DNA from: Iphione sp. A-MEVVRFRX5
Taxonomy: Eukaryota
DNA: 64,000 bases
Assembly: GCA_976226885.1 (NCBI GenBank)
Contig: OZ320321.1
Location: 56,048,001-56,112,000, forward strand
Reading direction: 5' to 3'
Of the stretch, positions 26,941-39,005 are shown in pieces (the first letter of the stretch is position 1; each line of letters starts with the position of its first letter). The notes beneath the pieces were generated by a model, which did no database searches, was not told the DNA's origin, and saw nothing but the letters and a program-made list of their open reading frames with translations. The position numbers and the translations under genes were made by a program.

Positions 26941-29900
26941 CTGGAGATGGTGGCAGATGCAGAAAGCCTGGTCGCTATGGTACACTATGGTGGCGAAGTC
27001 TAAACATGGCGTGATAGATAATCGTTGCCTGGTGTCGGCCAAAGGCTCGCAGGCCAACAGGTGTTGGCAGCACCAGTCCCCCTTCCTGAATACGTGAGGC
27101 AAGTTCAGGTGTTTTTTTTCAGCAACAGACTGAACGAGGCGAGGCAACTCAACCGCATCGGTCATTCCCGAGGTGAAATTAGGTTGGAAATTTTCCGCAA
27201 GTTCATTGAGTTATCCCCGATTGTATGGAAACTTTGATATGATTTGATAGGACGGAATGTATGACTAGCCTTAAATGATCGATGACTCCATATATGTGGC
27301 GTATTAAACAATGTATCAAAGTGAATCAGAATGAAATACAACGGACGTGGGGTGATTAGGTTCCAAGGACAATGTGACTATGCAAAATAACCGGTATAGT
27401 TGTATAGAGTAGCTTTTCCCTGGTCCAGTTTTGAAATAGGTCAGTGGGAAACACCCTATACACTTGCAACAAAAACTTCAGTTTGTTATCAAGGGCAAAA
27501 CTCCTAATTTCCTTGAAATAACTTACACTGATCCGATCTAGGGGCATACACGTTATCCAAGATCTCTGAAGGATACCATCTCTGAAGAACGGCCCATGCA
27601 ATTAAGTGGTTTCTTGCCGCTCCTGAAACTTGCCAACGATGACCAATGGGGGAAGGCTATGTACGACAATGTCGGGGCAACAGAAGCCTTGACTATGACG
27701 ATCTACGACATGGTAAGCGTGTGCAGCAGGACCACTTTTAATGCAGCTCAAACCTAGATGGACCGGTATTGCTATGGCAGGACAACTGCTCCCGTGTCGA
27801 CGCTAATTTGTGAGATCCTCTTCGTCTCACCGCACGCATACAACCAGATGTCCCCCCACCTTTGTTTACTAGTTTAACATGTGAAAATACAGAGCGTCCA
27901 TCCATGTTAGCACGAAATAATTCATCATGCAATTCACAAGAAGACTAATACGAAGAGAGAAAAAAAAACCCACTCGATCAAAATCTTCTCGCTTCAAATC
28001 TAAACAAAGACCATTCCTGAATAAGCTTACCCCATTTCCTCAGATGCTGGGCGATTGGGCAATAAAGTAGATCGGACATTCCAGTCTCGTTTCGGCCCTG
28101 GCCTTCGATCCTCTCCCTTCACCGAGACGCCCCTTGCGACTTATAGCGTGAGTGGGCCGGGAGCAGTTGTCGGTCAGGTGAGCCTCCCACGACCCACGCG
28201 TGTTCCCCGGCACTCCCTGGAGGAACAATGGAGGAGGAGGAGGAGGAGTCTCTCCGTGGGTCCTCGGGACACGTGCACAGACGGCGGCGACGACGAGCAG
28301 GTGCTGATGAAAAGCTCACTCCGGCATTGTGGATCAGCAAAGCTGAACACGTGGAGGAGGGACGCTAACCGGGCTGACTGCGATCGCGAGCACCTCAGCC
28401 CGCCACCACCTCCCCGCTGGTGGTGCTAGTGGTAGCTGCGGTGGTGGTGCCACTGGTACTGATGGTGCTAGCCGCACTGGTGGTGGTGGAGGTGGTGGTG
28501 GTGGTGGTAGGTCGGGCAGGAACCTCTTCAGACCCACGTGCAGTAAACACTCATTGAATGGCCTGGCTCGATCTCCGGCCACACGAAGGCTGAGCAATGA
28601 AGTATGGCGCCTTGGACGCTGATGACACGAGGCAGTGGTAGCTCACAGATGTAGCGATGACAGTAGTGGCAGAGGGCAGCAGCAGACAGAAACGTCCGCT
28701 CTCCTGCAAGCAGCAGCGGAGGCAGGCGGTGGGCAAGCTGTGCATATCAGACCGCGACACGTGCGCAGCACAACCGCCGCCGCCGTGCCTGTTTGCCTGG
28801 CACTCAGGCTGTTGTAGCTTCTAGAAGGAACAGGAGGAGGACAAAGAAGAGAAGGAATGGAAGTGTTTCTTTTTGCTCTGTTCGAAGCCAGCCAAGGCTA
28901 CGCACGATCTGCTTGCAGCGTCGGGGTAGGATCATTTCCGAGGTCCCGTTTGCCTGCAAGGTCGGAGGTATTTTAATGTAACGGGGATTGAGGGGGTGGG
29001 GGGGGGTTGCCGGGGAATGGGCAGGGCTCTTCCTTTCATAGGGAAACCCAACCTTCACTCAGCTCGGTCCGAGGCGATGGGAATCTCATATCCAGGGTCG
29101 GCGGATGGCATATGTGGGACGCTGCTCTAGTATCCACCTGCTACTCACCCCGCCACCGACGCACCAGCCCGTAGAGGGCAAGAGCCAGCTTCGTCGGCGG
29201 CCGAGTGATTGCAAGCCCATCACAATATCGAGCCATGGATAATCCCTCTCGATTGTCGAGCGGTAAATACACTCAACACGTCAAGAGGAGAAGCATCTGG
29301 CAAACAATCGCAAGCCAGCACATGGCATTCCCTTCTACCTTCGCATCGCACTCTTCTGTATTGTGTACACGCTGACCGTCTGCCTGCATGCATAATAATT
29401 CTCTAACCCTCCCCTTAGTCACTGTATAGATGTATGGTTGGACGTGATGCTGCTGAATGGATGGATGCTTTAAAGATTGTATATGTCAATCTTTGTCGGG
29501 AATCTCAACGTATTTTTTTTTCTGGTGTATCTTGCAAAATAACACCAGGCATGAGTGGATTAGTGTAAACAAAAAAATACAATCCCCACTCAAATATGCC
29601 ACATGTCCTTATAACAAGGGAAATGTGCCTTTGGGAAACTGTGTATTTACCTGTATCTACGTGTAATTTGTCTTCCCTGTTGCGCGATTTAACACTGCCA
29701 AATAAAGCAGGCTTTATTGCTTGTGCTGTCAGTACCTGAAGTAATTACATTTGACATTGTCGCCTACACATGATACAAACTAAATGTTTTCGCCGACGAA
29801 CGTCTTCAGTAACAGGTATACTATTGCTGGAACACCGCAAGGGAAAGTGTAACTGTAATAGAGTTACGACGTAAAAAGAAAATCATAAAATTCAGAACGG

Positions 29901-31054
29901 CTGCTCGCTGTATCCCACACTGAATGTGTTTTTTTCCCAATCAACAGAGGACAAAATCAGAAGATGACAAATCATGTTTTTACTTGCTTTTGTACATTTT
30001 AGGACATGTTTCACCTTTACAGTGTATAAATCCCCTATTACCAGGATGTATGACGACATTTTCCCATTTAAGTTTCACCTGAAAAAAAAACGCCATTAAA
30101 TTAACATATGTAACATTCTTCGGACGAGGGGGGGGGGGTTGTTGCATTCGTCTCTCGCGGTGTTAATTGCAGAAAATAGCCATTCAGTAGCCGTTCTTCG
30201 CGAACTTGACAAAATTACGTCTGTGATTCGCAGGTGCCTCCTTTATTTATGGCTACCTGCCCGAGGGAAGGCCCTGCAAAGGTCCAGTTTCCTAAGCGGG
30301 GGATGGCAGCATGCAGCAATGGTAACTGTCAGCATAAAATACCCCAAAGACCTGCAGCGATGCCAGCAGCGGGCATGAGTTTTGTAGCACCATTAGCTTT
30401 TATTGTGCTGCCTCCGCCGTCCCCTTTCCCTTTCCTCCCTTCTGTGCATGACTCAACTATCACGCTTCAAACGAATCTCGTGGAATACACAACCGAATCT
30501 CGTAGAAATACACAATGACACCCTTACGCTCTCTTCTCAGGACCGGGCAAGTTATTTCATCAGGCTAACACAGGACGACTACTTGAGCACCGCTTGGCCT
30601 CAGTGTGAAGGTTGTTTTTCTGGGCACATTTTTGCACAGGCCAGAGAATGAGGCGATGAAGCTGGAGATGGACTGCGGGGGAGGGGGAGTTTTTCGAAAT
30701 GCCTAGAGCGCCCTCTATGAGATCACGAGAGAATGCCAAAACTATTGACGTCAGCTTGCAAATAAAGGTGGGATCAAACGAACAAACGAAGTCCAGCGTT
30801 TGGCACATTACGTGCGTAATGTGACTGTGTTTCCCGTATGTTTAACTCTATGAAATATCTAGCCAGTAGTAGTGTGACGAATTCTTTATTGAGATAAGGA
30901 ATACTTATTCTACATTTATTTTACTTACTAACCGTTATTTAGCTGTAATTACTCAAAAAGATTTATTTGCCAAAGCACCGAAACGCACATGGCGTTTCAT
31001 TACACACGTTATTAATAGAGGTTGACAAACGCAAATGTATCTATAATAAGACTT

Positions 31055-31105
31055 AGTCGGTTAGCCCAGAGGATAGGGCGAGCTCTCTCATAAGTAGCTG
31101 CGGTC
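31055..31105 (+). pseudogene. tRNA-Met(CAT)-like 5' half (truncated tRNA pseudogene or SINE head)
   Basis: TA at tRNA positions 8-9, D-stem GCCC/GGGC with an AGAGGATA loop (A-box-like), anticodon arm GCTCT-CTCATAA-GTAGC and variable region GCGGTC. The T-arm/B-box and 3' acceptor strand are absent. Confidence 0.45.
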
Positions 31106-32337
31106 TATATTGGCTATATTGCGTTTGCTGTATCTACATTTTATTTATGATGAAAAAATTTAAGCAATACCGATGGACGCGTAATCTTGAAAGGTTTGTA
31201 TGCCCAATTCCATATAATCAGTGTTTTATTTAAAAAAAAGGATTATACCGTGTGAATTATTTACTATAAAAGAAAATTACGATACAGATGAAGCGATGCA
31301 CTACGCCTAATATAGGTGTTGGAAAGAATGATGTTTGCTGCTGCTGAAAATAGGTTTTGTCCCTAAGATTAGTATTGGTTACGACACTTGAAATTATTAG
31401 AACGTTACCAAATATTTTCTTCACACTTTTGTAAGGAGACTGAAAACGTACACCGTTAGCATTAGGTGTGTCTCACAAAGGTGCACCTAATTGTCACAGG
31501 ATAGTCTACCCGGGGCGGAACAATGCATGGGTCATTACCATTAATTCTGCATTTTGCGATGTTGTTCATATTACGAAAATAAACAATTGGGTCTGAAACT
31601 ACTGATTAGCGCATGTCACAATAAGCCTCCTTTTTTTTCTCTTGACACGGCGGCAATGGAGTAGAATGGGCTGTGAGCTTTGTTGACGGAGAAACACGGT
31701 GTGAAGGTTGCGTGAAACCCAGCAGAACATGAGAGACTGGAAGAAAGAGTGGACCTGCTGCCGTTCGGGCGAGAAAAGAGGCGGTTCCTCAGCTGCATTT
31801 CCGACTGTGTAACAGAGATTCATTACAGTCGCCAATAAGCAAGCGCCCACGGCCAATTGACAGTCCCGCCAGCCCTGACAGCGGCAAGTAGGACAAAGGC
31901 AAAGCGGGAGTGGTTGTCCATATAGGAAGGTGGAATTTTGATAAATCATCGACATCCCAAACGTCCCACTAGAGACTCTAATAATGCCATGTCCTTGGCA
32001 CTCTGGCAGGTCCCAGAGGAACTCGAACGCGTTCACACAAGGCGTGCTGAAACGAGCTTGGGTTTGGGGATAATTGGGTAATTGGTCAGCACAGAGCCAT
32101 GCCATGTTTGCCTGTACAATGAATATCTAACGTAAATTGGAACGTTTTTATGCGTTCTCCATAAGGTATCTTGGAATGAAGCCTCATCTTATTTATAACC
32201 AAATATAATCTTCAATGCCACCTTCAAGCTTGGAAACAGAAGCTTTTTTCTCTGTATGATAGATCTTTCTTCCATTCATAAAATTTAAGTGTATTAGAAG
32301 GTGGCACGCAGCACTATAAAAATAATTATGTTAGTAA

Positions 32338-32838
32338 GGCCTGGTTTCCTTACATGCATTTGTATGCAGCGAGCTGCAGCAGGAACTGCATGCGTTTCCA
32401 GTGGGTTTGTGTGTGTTGTAGTTTTACCACACATGTGTCATATGTTGTGCATTTGTGTTCATTTTTTACAATGGAAAAATATGAAAAACAGCAAAAATAG
32501 TGGCTTATTTAATGGAAATCTAGCTGAAAACAACAAATTACATGGAAAATTGGCTAAAAAATGGCTTATCACATGGAAATTCAGCTGAAAAATGGCAAAA
32601 ATGTGTGAACAAATTCTGCAAAACAATGGCATTGTGCTGAAATGTGCAGATATGTGCAGTAATCACACCCAAAAGTGAAGAAATGTGAAGAAATGTGAGA
32701 CAATGTGAAGAAATAGATATGCATTGCTGTGCGTTGTTGTGCGCTGCCATCCATGCGTAGCAAATTTACAGTACCAGACCGAAAACGGGCAACGCATGTC
32801 AATGCACACAGACATCACTGCATGTATGGAAACCATCT
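32338..32838. mobile_element. MITE-like element with GGTTTCC(T/A)TACATGCA inverted ends (PIF/Harbinger-like)
   Basis: GGTTTCCTTACATGCA (32343-32358) matches the reverse complement of TGCATGTATGGAAACC (32819-32834) at 15/16. TAA precedes the left end. The strand-skewed AT-rich interior resembles 47953-48345 in inverted orientation. Confidence 0.5.
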
Positions 32839-33683
32839 CACTGATAGCCGATAAACCAATAATGAGGTAATTCACCACATATCACCACACATGCACAGTG
32901 CCGCACCTATGGAAACTGGGACTCACATGTGTTGGTACTGTATATAAACGGGAAATTCTTATAATGAGCTGGTGCTAGTTGAATCTTTACTCCTTGTGTT
33001 AGAGTCTAGGGCTTACTTATGATTAGGCCTCTTCCTGTCTTGGTCATTCAGAAGTGTGAGATTTTAAATTTAGTTTTAATTATGAAACATTTCCAGTATA
33101 CATTATCAGAAATAGATCATAATTGAATCTGCTAAGAATTAGTATATTGAATATTTATTAGATGAAGATTACTTCCCGAGGCAATTGTACAATAACGCAT
33201 CGGTATGCTGTTCAGAAACTGATCGCCAGTTTAAATAAAATATGCAGTGATGGAATATAGTTGAATGTAAGCCCTACTATGTAGTACCTGACAAAAACTA
33301 TCCCCTCTTGCTATGCTACTGTAAAAAAAACAGATATTAACAGGGACATTCGTGGCATCCTTCACCCTATCCCATCCATTGCCTTGATGCACTTCGCTGA
33401 GATTTCCGCATTCGTAGTGCAAATAACACCGACACAGGACTTGTACTCTGGACATGCTTTCTTTGAACTTCAACTAGGGTGGCTAGATATTTACCATCGA
33501 CCGTCTCGATGGGTTCAGCTCCTGACCCCAACCCTTCCACCGTGGACGGAATAAACCCTGCAGTTAATCGCGATGGCTGATAACAAAGCGGCAATCAGTT
33601 GGGATGAAGACCGATGATAAGACGACTTTGCTTGAAGAGGATCTGAACCGGGCTGCAGGTTGTAAGGTATTTGGCGCGGATAG

Positions 33684-33810
33684 TTGTTTGGGAGAGATCA
33701 GACAAGGACCAATCCTACTCTGACAGCTGGGCTGCATGTTCCATTGGGAAGGGGTGGGCTTGGTAGCCTGGCAAGTGCAGCAAGGCACCGCGCGAACTCT
33801 GCAGACCTCT
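33684..33810 (+). mobile_element. Non-LTR retroelement relic (post-RT GGLG motif)
   Basis: LHVPLGRGGLGSLASAARHRANS resembles the L..P...GGLG motif found downstream of RT in R2/NeSL/RTE-type elements. No other domain is recognisable. Confidence 0.3.
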
Positions 33811-35479
33811 TTGAACAAAATTGCGGTAGCTTTGCCTCTGCAGCAAAGGAATTTTCATACTGTATCCCACATCTGAAGAATCCCCCGTTGAATAGTTGCG
33901 TTATATTTCCCCCTGCATTATCTCCTGAGGACAACGATTGGGACTGAACGTTCAATGGAGCTGACTCTGTTACGTACGCATTTTTGTTGAAATAAAGGTT
34001 TTCTGCTAGTCCCGAAGCAAACATGTACCTATTAATGATATCCTTGAATATCCATTAATCAAATAATGCAAATATATATAGCAAAGCGCAATATCTATAC
34101 TTCTCAGATACCCCATACTCACGTGGAATCTTTCCAATCAATGCCACGATTAGGAACAAAAGGCCTAAGTTTTGGGTCGATCTTGGCGTTAAATGAGAAA
34201 ATTAAACCTCAGCTTGGTATCGCAGACAGATCTTCGATGATTTTCATTTAAAAAGCACTTCTTCTGCCCATAACTCGGTTTTAATCGCGGTCGAAGGCAG
34301 AAAAAAAAGCCCTCGGTGAGTTTTCAAGCGCGGCGCCGCTGGAATGATTTCGTTAGCTGCCACTGACACGAGCGCCATCGCATGCAATGGCGTCAGTGGT
34401 GAAGCGTCGTTAAGCTTGTTGAGAATAATTCGCCTTTTCCATTCCTTTCCAGTACGAACTACTCGATGCACCTCCTAGTTGAGGATGTGAACGAGTAGGG
34501 GTAACATTTGGTCTCTCTATGTATGCAAAGACATGCCCATCGATGGGCCTTTTCATAACCGTTCAATGAATCCGGTCAGCCGCATAAACCTCTCCTCTCA
34601 GACCTCAGACCTACTAATCCTTCCCTGTAAAAACCATTAAAGTGTTTAAAAGCATCAGAGGCCTATAAACATCTTAACTGCATTCATCTCTATTAGTACA
34701 TATAGGCCAGTCCAGTTATAGTCCTTATTCTATTTGGCGAGATGTGCATCAATGCATCATGTAAACAGACAACAAGATGGCTTCAGTTTTGCATATCCAC
34801 ACACATAAGTGTGCATACCCGAATTTCCACGGGTACCAATTCCTGGTCATAGCTTTATCTTTGTCCCTTGATATCTTGTAAATATATTTGTGCAAATGCC
34901 TACGTAGGGAAAGAATCTATGAGATGTTTACTTCTGCGATCATTCAAACAATTATATCTTCATACAAATAATGTTGGAGGGCTGTACGACTACATTCTTA
35001 CCCAGTGAAAGGCTTTAGAACAAATATGGGGAAGCTTTCTCATATATTTCCTACAATCTTCATGAGATTAACATTGGTTAGGGTTCAATGCATGAATAGC
35101 ATGCAACACAAGGAAGTAGCAAAGTACATTCTATTTTGCATGTTATGTGTTAAGGCTGGGGGAAAACGGAGGCCTAAACGAACATGATTAATTGCCAAAA
35201 TCATTCATAGTATCAAAGGCTATAAGTAAAGTCGCCAAGAGAATGTTAAAGGAGGTACGTGGAGATATGGCCTGGCTGCACATTAGGGTGCATGTATGGG
35301 CTAATTGCATCGGATGCCCAGCCCCCTTGGGGTCCAGTCTCTAGGGACAGATCCCTGCACAGCCTGTAAGCGTTCGTATGCAACCTTTCCTTAAGTGTGT
35401 AGAGTAAGGGGTTCTGCTGATGCTCAGATAATTCTCCATGTTACTTGACTTTAGCATTTCGAGCCTGTACACGGAATAT

Positions 35480-35760
35480 GATGCTTATAACCATTTGTCT
35501 GGAAAAAGACGACCTAGCAGCTGAATGGCGGCCACACTTCAATGCGGATGGAGGGATCAGTCCTAGATAATTGTTTAAATGGGCACTGCTCGGATTCATA
35601 TCAAAAGACGAAGACATTGTTAGTTACACTGTTGACAAGCCTCTGGCTTCTACATGCTACCTGCATTGCCTATCCTCTATTGCAACTATATACTGTTGGC
35701 CTCCGCCACAACATAGATGACTTAGAATACAGTTGAGAAGTTTATTCATCAGCAGTCCAA
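35480..35760 (+). mobile_element. Decayed CR1-type LINE C-terminal relic
   Basis: Ordered frameshifted motifs KDDLAAEWRPHFN (DL..L..W...FN), LGFI and CWPP...IDDLE (W.P....I..LE). Confidence 0.35.
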
Positions 35761-36661
35761 GAGTAACTACAATAATTCTTCTTAACAGCACATATTTATA
35801 GTCAGGGTCCTTTCCTAGTTGTAATCTAACCCCCACAAAACTGACCCTGAGGAAAATGCCCCTCCACTATTTACAGTATTTCTCTGCGTTAACACCCTCC
35901 ACTTTAACTTCCCAACAATACTATACATACAGATTAGCAGTAGTGAATGATGAGTACAAAATGACCGAAGGAGGCAGTTTTCACTGTGCAGATACAAGGG
36001 TAGGATGTAAAGATATCTATTATAGAGGAAAATAAACATATATAATGAAGATAACACAGGAAAAATAGAATGATAGCAATATATAATAATTAATCAACAT
36101 ATGTACAATAGAACATGAGATAAACTGATTGTACATTATTCAAGTATACATGTCTGGCATTTCATTCAATTAACCCTATCCAGGCGGCACCTGACGGTAC
36201 GTCATGGACTCACGCGGCGGGGTTAATTTTGACGCTTCTCTACAGGTGGCGGGGGTGTAGTGGAACGTCATAACGGATTACACGTGCGGCTGACTCGGGG
36301 ACATCTAAGCCTTCTAAATTTATATTATTCAATTGCCTAGGGAAAAATGGTTATGGATTCTTCATTTAAATGACTTTTAGATGATAAATATGGATTTTTG
36401 TGGTGTGTTATTTGGATTTACATTCATTACGGATCATTTACATGTTACGTCGTATACTGGATGTAAACTCATATATACATGAGGATATATACGTATGGAT
36501 GTAATGACAAGGAAATACAATATGGATTATGAAACAAATAAGGATATTTCATAAATTGGATTAAACAATGTACAAGAAGTCATGATCAAGGTAAGTCATG
36601 CACATTTATTTCTTTTTTCTTTTTTTTTTTTACAATCCGATGGGTGTTACTTCACTTCACT

Positions 36662-37823
36662 TCACTCCTCAACATAACGCTTTGCATAGTCCTGGACAGT
36701 GTGGTACACAGTAAAGCAATGAGGCATGCAAAGATGAACCCCACAATCATTACAGCCATATTTAGTTTGGCTTTTGCTTGCTTGGACCCCATTGACAAAT
36801 CGTTTGTAACAGACTCTACAGAAGCTCTTATTTCCCAGATCTGAGGGAAAACACCTACTTCTGAGCCTTTTTTCTTCACCTGCTACGATAGACCGACTGA
36901 CTGATTCAGGAGTGGTGAGAAGACTGCGAATGATTTCTACAGTGAAATCCAACAGACTCATTTTTTTTGCTACAGTTTCATTGTACATGATCATTGCATT
37001 AATTTTCATCACCTCTAGGCAGTACCATAGCATCTTTACAGGCCATTTCCTAGACTTGCGGCAGAAATTGTAATATTGGTACAACTGGTCTGCCCTGTCT
37101 ACACCACCCATAAATGAACAATAATCTGAAATTGCAATAGGGCAGACCACCTCCTTTTTCATACATTTGCCTGATTGAGAATCTCTGACAGTTCTTCTGA
37201 CTGTAGAGGTGAAGGCACCATGAATTGTAGACAATACATGGATCAAGCGTTTATCTTTCCAAATTGACAACAACTGATCATCTTTTTTGGCGAAACACAT
37301 AGAACCTGTCTCCTTCATGAATCTTAATTTTTTTTTCATCAAATTCTTGGGGAGTCCAACACGGTTCAGCCTCAATGTCCCACAGCAGTAGGTAGCATAC
37401 TGTAGTAGTCTCCTAAAGAGTGGTACGCTAGTAAAGTAGTTGTCCATGTAGACATTGTAGTGTTTACCCAGAATTTTGGCCTTTTTGAGCAAATTGATGA
37501 CAACATGTTCTGCCAGTGAAAGCACACCCCTATCTTCTCTCCCAAAATAGGGATCTGATCGACACACATAACCAGTTGAGCTTTCTGCTAGCACCCAGCA
37601 TTTTATGCCCCATTTATTGGGCTTATTTGGCAAATATTGTTTGAATCGTAGCCTTCCTTTATGCTTGATTACTGTCTCGTCAACCGATACCTGCTGTCGT
37701 GGGGTGTAGAGCTTCATTGCCATATGGTTGAAGTAATCAAAGAGCCACTTGACTTTCTCTGATGGATGTGGTGCTTGGTCTGCCTTGTTGGCCCCCTTGG
37801 TATCCTCACACACGTTCAGGTAG
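36662..37823 (-). CDS. piggyBac transposase, exon 2 of 2 (catalytic DDD core and C-terminal cysteine-rich domain); spliced product 594 aa
   Basis: VSVDE, KPNKWGIK, YMDNYFTS, MGGVDRADQ, and a C-terminal CRVC...C.DC.VHLC...CF..YH domain. No stops or frameshifts. AATAAA lies about 52 nt after the stop (plus-strand TTTATT at 36605-36610). Confidence 0.95.
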
Positions 37824-37957
37824 CTGCAATTATAAAGAAAACAATAATTATCATGGAAGCACAAAATTGTCATCATTTCACAGTGAATATTGAATTATGG
37901 CATTATCAGCAGTGTAAAATATAATATAATAATTATAATAATAATAATGATACCTAC
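37824..37957 (-). other. 134-nt phase-2 spliceosomal intron in the transposase gene
   Basis: Donor GTAGGT, very AT-rich body with ATT repeats, and acceptor TTTTCTTTATAATTGCAG. Removing it joins CG+C into Arg and restores RDRFTMILR-YLNVCED, matching the conserved RF..I.R.LHF.D motif. Confidence 0.9.
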
Positions 37958-38580
37958 CGCAGAATCATAGTGAAGCGGTCACGAAACATGAACTGAGAGA
38001 AAACTGGCGTAGTCAGGTACTCCAACGTTGTCCAATACATCTGCAGGGTGGGCTTCACTATGATGCCCATAATCATAGATAATCCTATGAAGTTGACAAT
38101 ATCTCGTGCAGTGAATGGTATCCACTTGGCCCTGTGTCCTGCATATGTTTTCTCTCTCTCGATTTCTGCCCGTTTGTTCACGTTGGTGACGATCTTGGAG
38201 ATGAAGTCACTGGTAACGAAGAGACTGTAGAAGTCTGAGGGCTTCTTCACTTTTGTGAGGTCCACTTCTTCAGATATGCCTGTTTTCTCAGTAAATGAGC
38301 CCCCTGAAGGTACAGGTCCCTTCTTCTGATGGACTTTGAACCAACCATTGTTCATTCGTGATATTCTCTTCACCACTGCCCCAAGTGGCTCATCTTCATC
38401 TGAAGAGTCAGGATCGTTGTTCATGCCGTTCTTCTCATCGTTCATTTCATCAGATGTCTCTGGTTGGTCACTTTCATCAGAATCTCCATCTTCACCATTG
38501 TTAAGTAGCTTGAAGGCAGCTAAATCTAATTCCTCCTCCCAATCTGTATCAACTGTTGAAAAGCCATCGTCTGATGCCAT
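37958..38580 (-). CDS. piggyBac (PGBD4-like) transposase, exon 1 of 2
   Basis: ATG in an AAAATGG context, an acidic N-terminus, then P.DFYSLF...I...N..A and FIGLSMIMGI..P....YW...F...M.RDRF..ILR. The exon ends at CG|GTAGGT. Confidence 0.92.
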
Positions 38581-38839
38581 TTTGAAGCCTTATTCAACGC
38601 ATCTAGCTCAGGGCGCCAATGTTGTCGGCTGCCGATGCCAAGACGTTCCGCGTGAGCAAAGCGGAACGCGCTCTGTGTTCGATACTACGTCATAATATCC
38701 ATTCATTCTCAAAATCAATGCTAATCTATAATTTTAAATTATACCATAATATGTTGTCTTCATTCTCTCCAAAAATCATTCAATTCGTACTATTATTTCT
38801 ATATTAAATCACTTTGCGAAATAAAATAGTACATTTGAT

Positions 38840-38924
38840 GCCTGTGGGCATCACCCGATGTTTGCCCGGGAGTGCGTGTGGGCATCACCCGATGTTCGCC
38901 CGGGAGTGCCTGTGGGCATCACCC
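38840..38924. repeat. piggyBac subterminal tandem repeat (34 bp x 2.5)
   Basis: GC(C/G)TGTGGGCATCACCCGATGTT(T/C)GCCCGGGAGT units start at 38840, 38874 and 38908 and abut the TIR. Confidence 0.95.
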
Positions 38925-39005
38925 GCCTGGATAGGGTTAAGTGTATATCAGGATGGTAGAAGCATTGTAGAGGTGTGGAATGTATATACAGTAAACTGGT
39001 ATACA

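Larger units (their letters stand above)
36174..38936 (-). mobile_element. Full-length, apparently intact piggyBac DNA transposon (2763 bp)
   Basis: TTAA (36170-36173) followed by CCCTATCCAGGCGG; at the other end CCGCCTGGATAGGG followed by TTAA (38937-38940). This gives perfect 14-bp TIRs and a TTAA TSD around a complete transposase gene. Confidence 0.97.

Noticed and set aside
17815-30380. Further faint LINE-like peptide traces (17826-18176 -, 26905-27165 -, 30234-30380 +)
   Set aside because: Each rests on one short degenerate motif (YHGVKGEIY, PCLDFATIVYH, YGYLPEGRP). Too weak to call without profile searches.
31599-32105. 168-aa minus ORF and protein-like plus-strand fragments
   Set aside because: No recognisable domain; the plus-strand frames are broken by stops.
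34360-34399. GC-rich hairpin (7 bp + bulge + 6 bp)
   Set aside because: No downstream CTRR for a Helitron end, no SECIS core, and no second copy.
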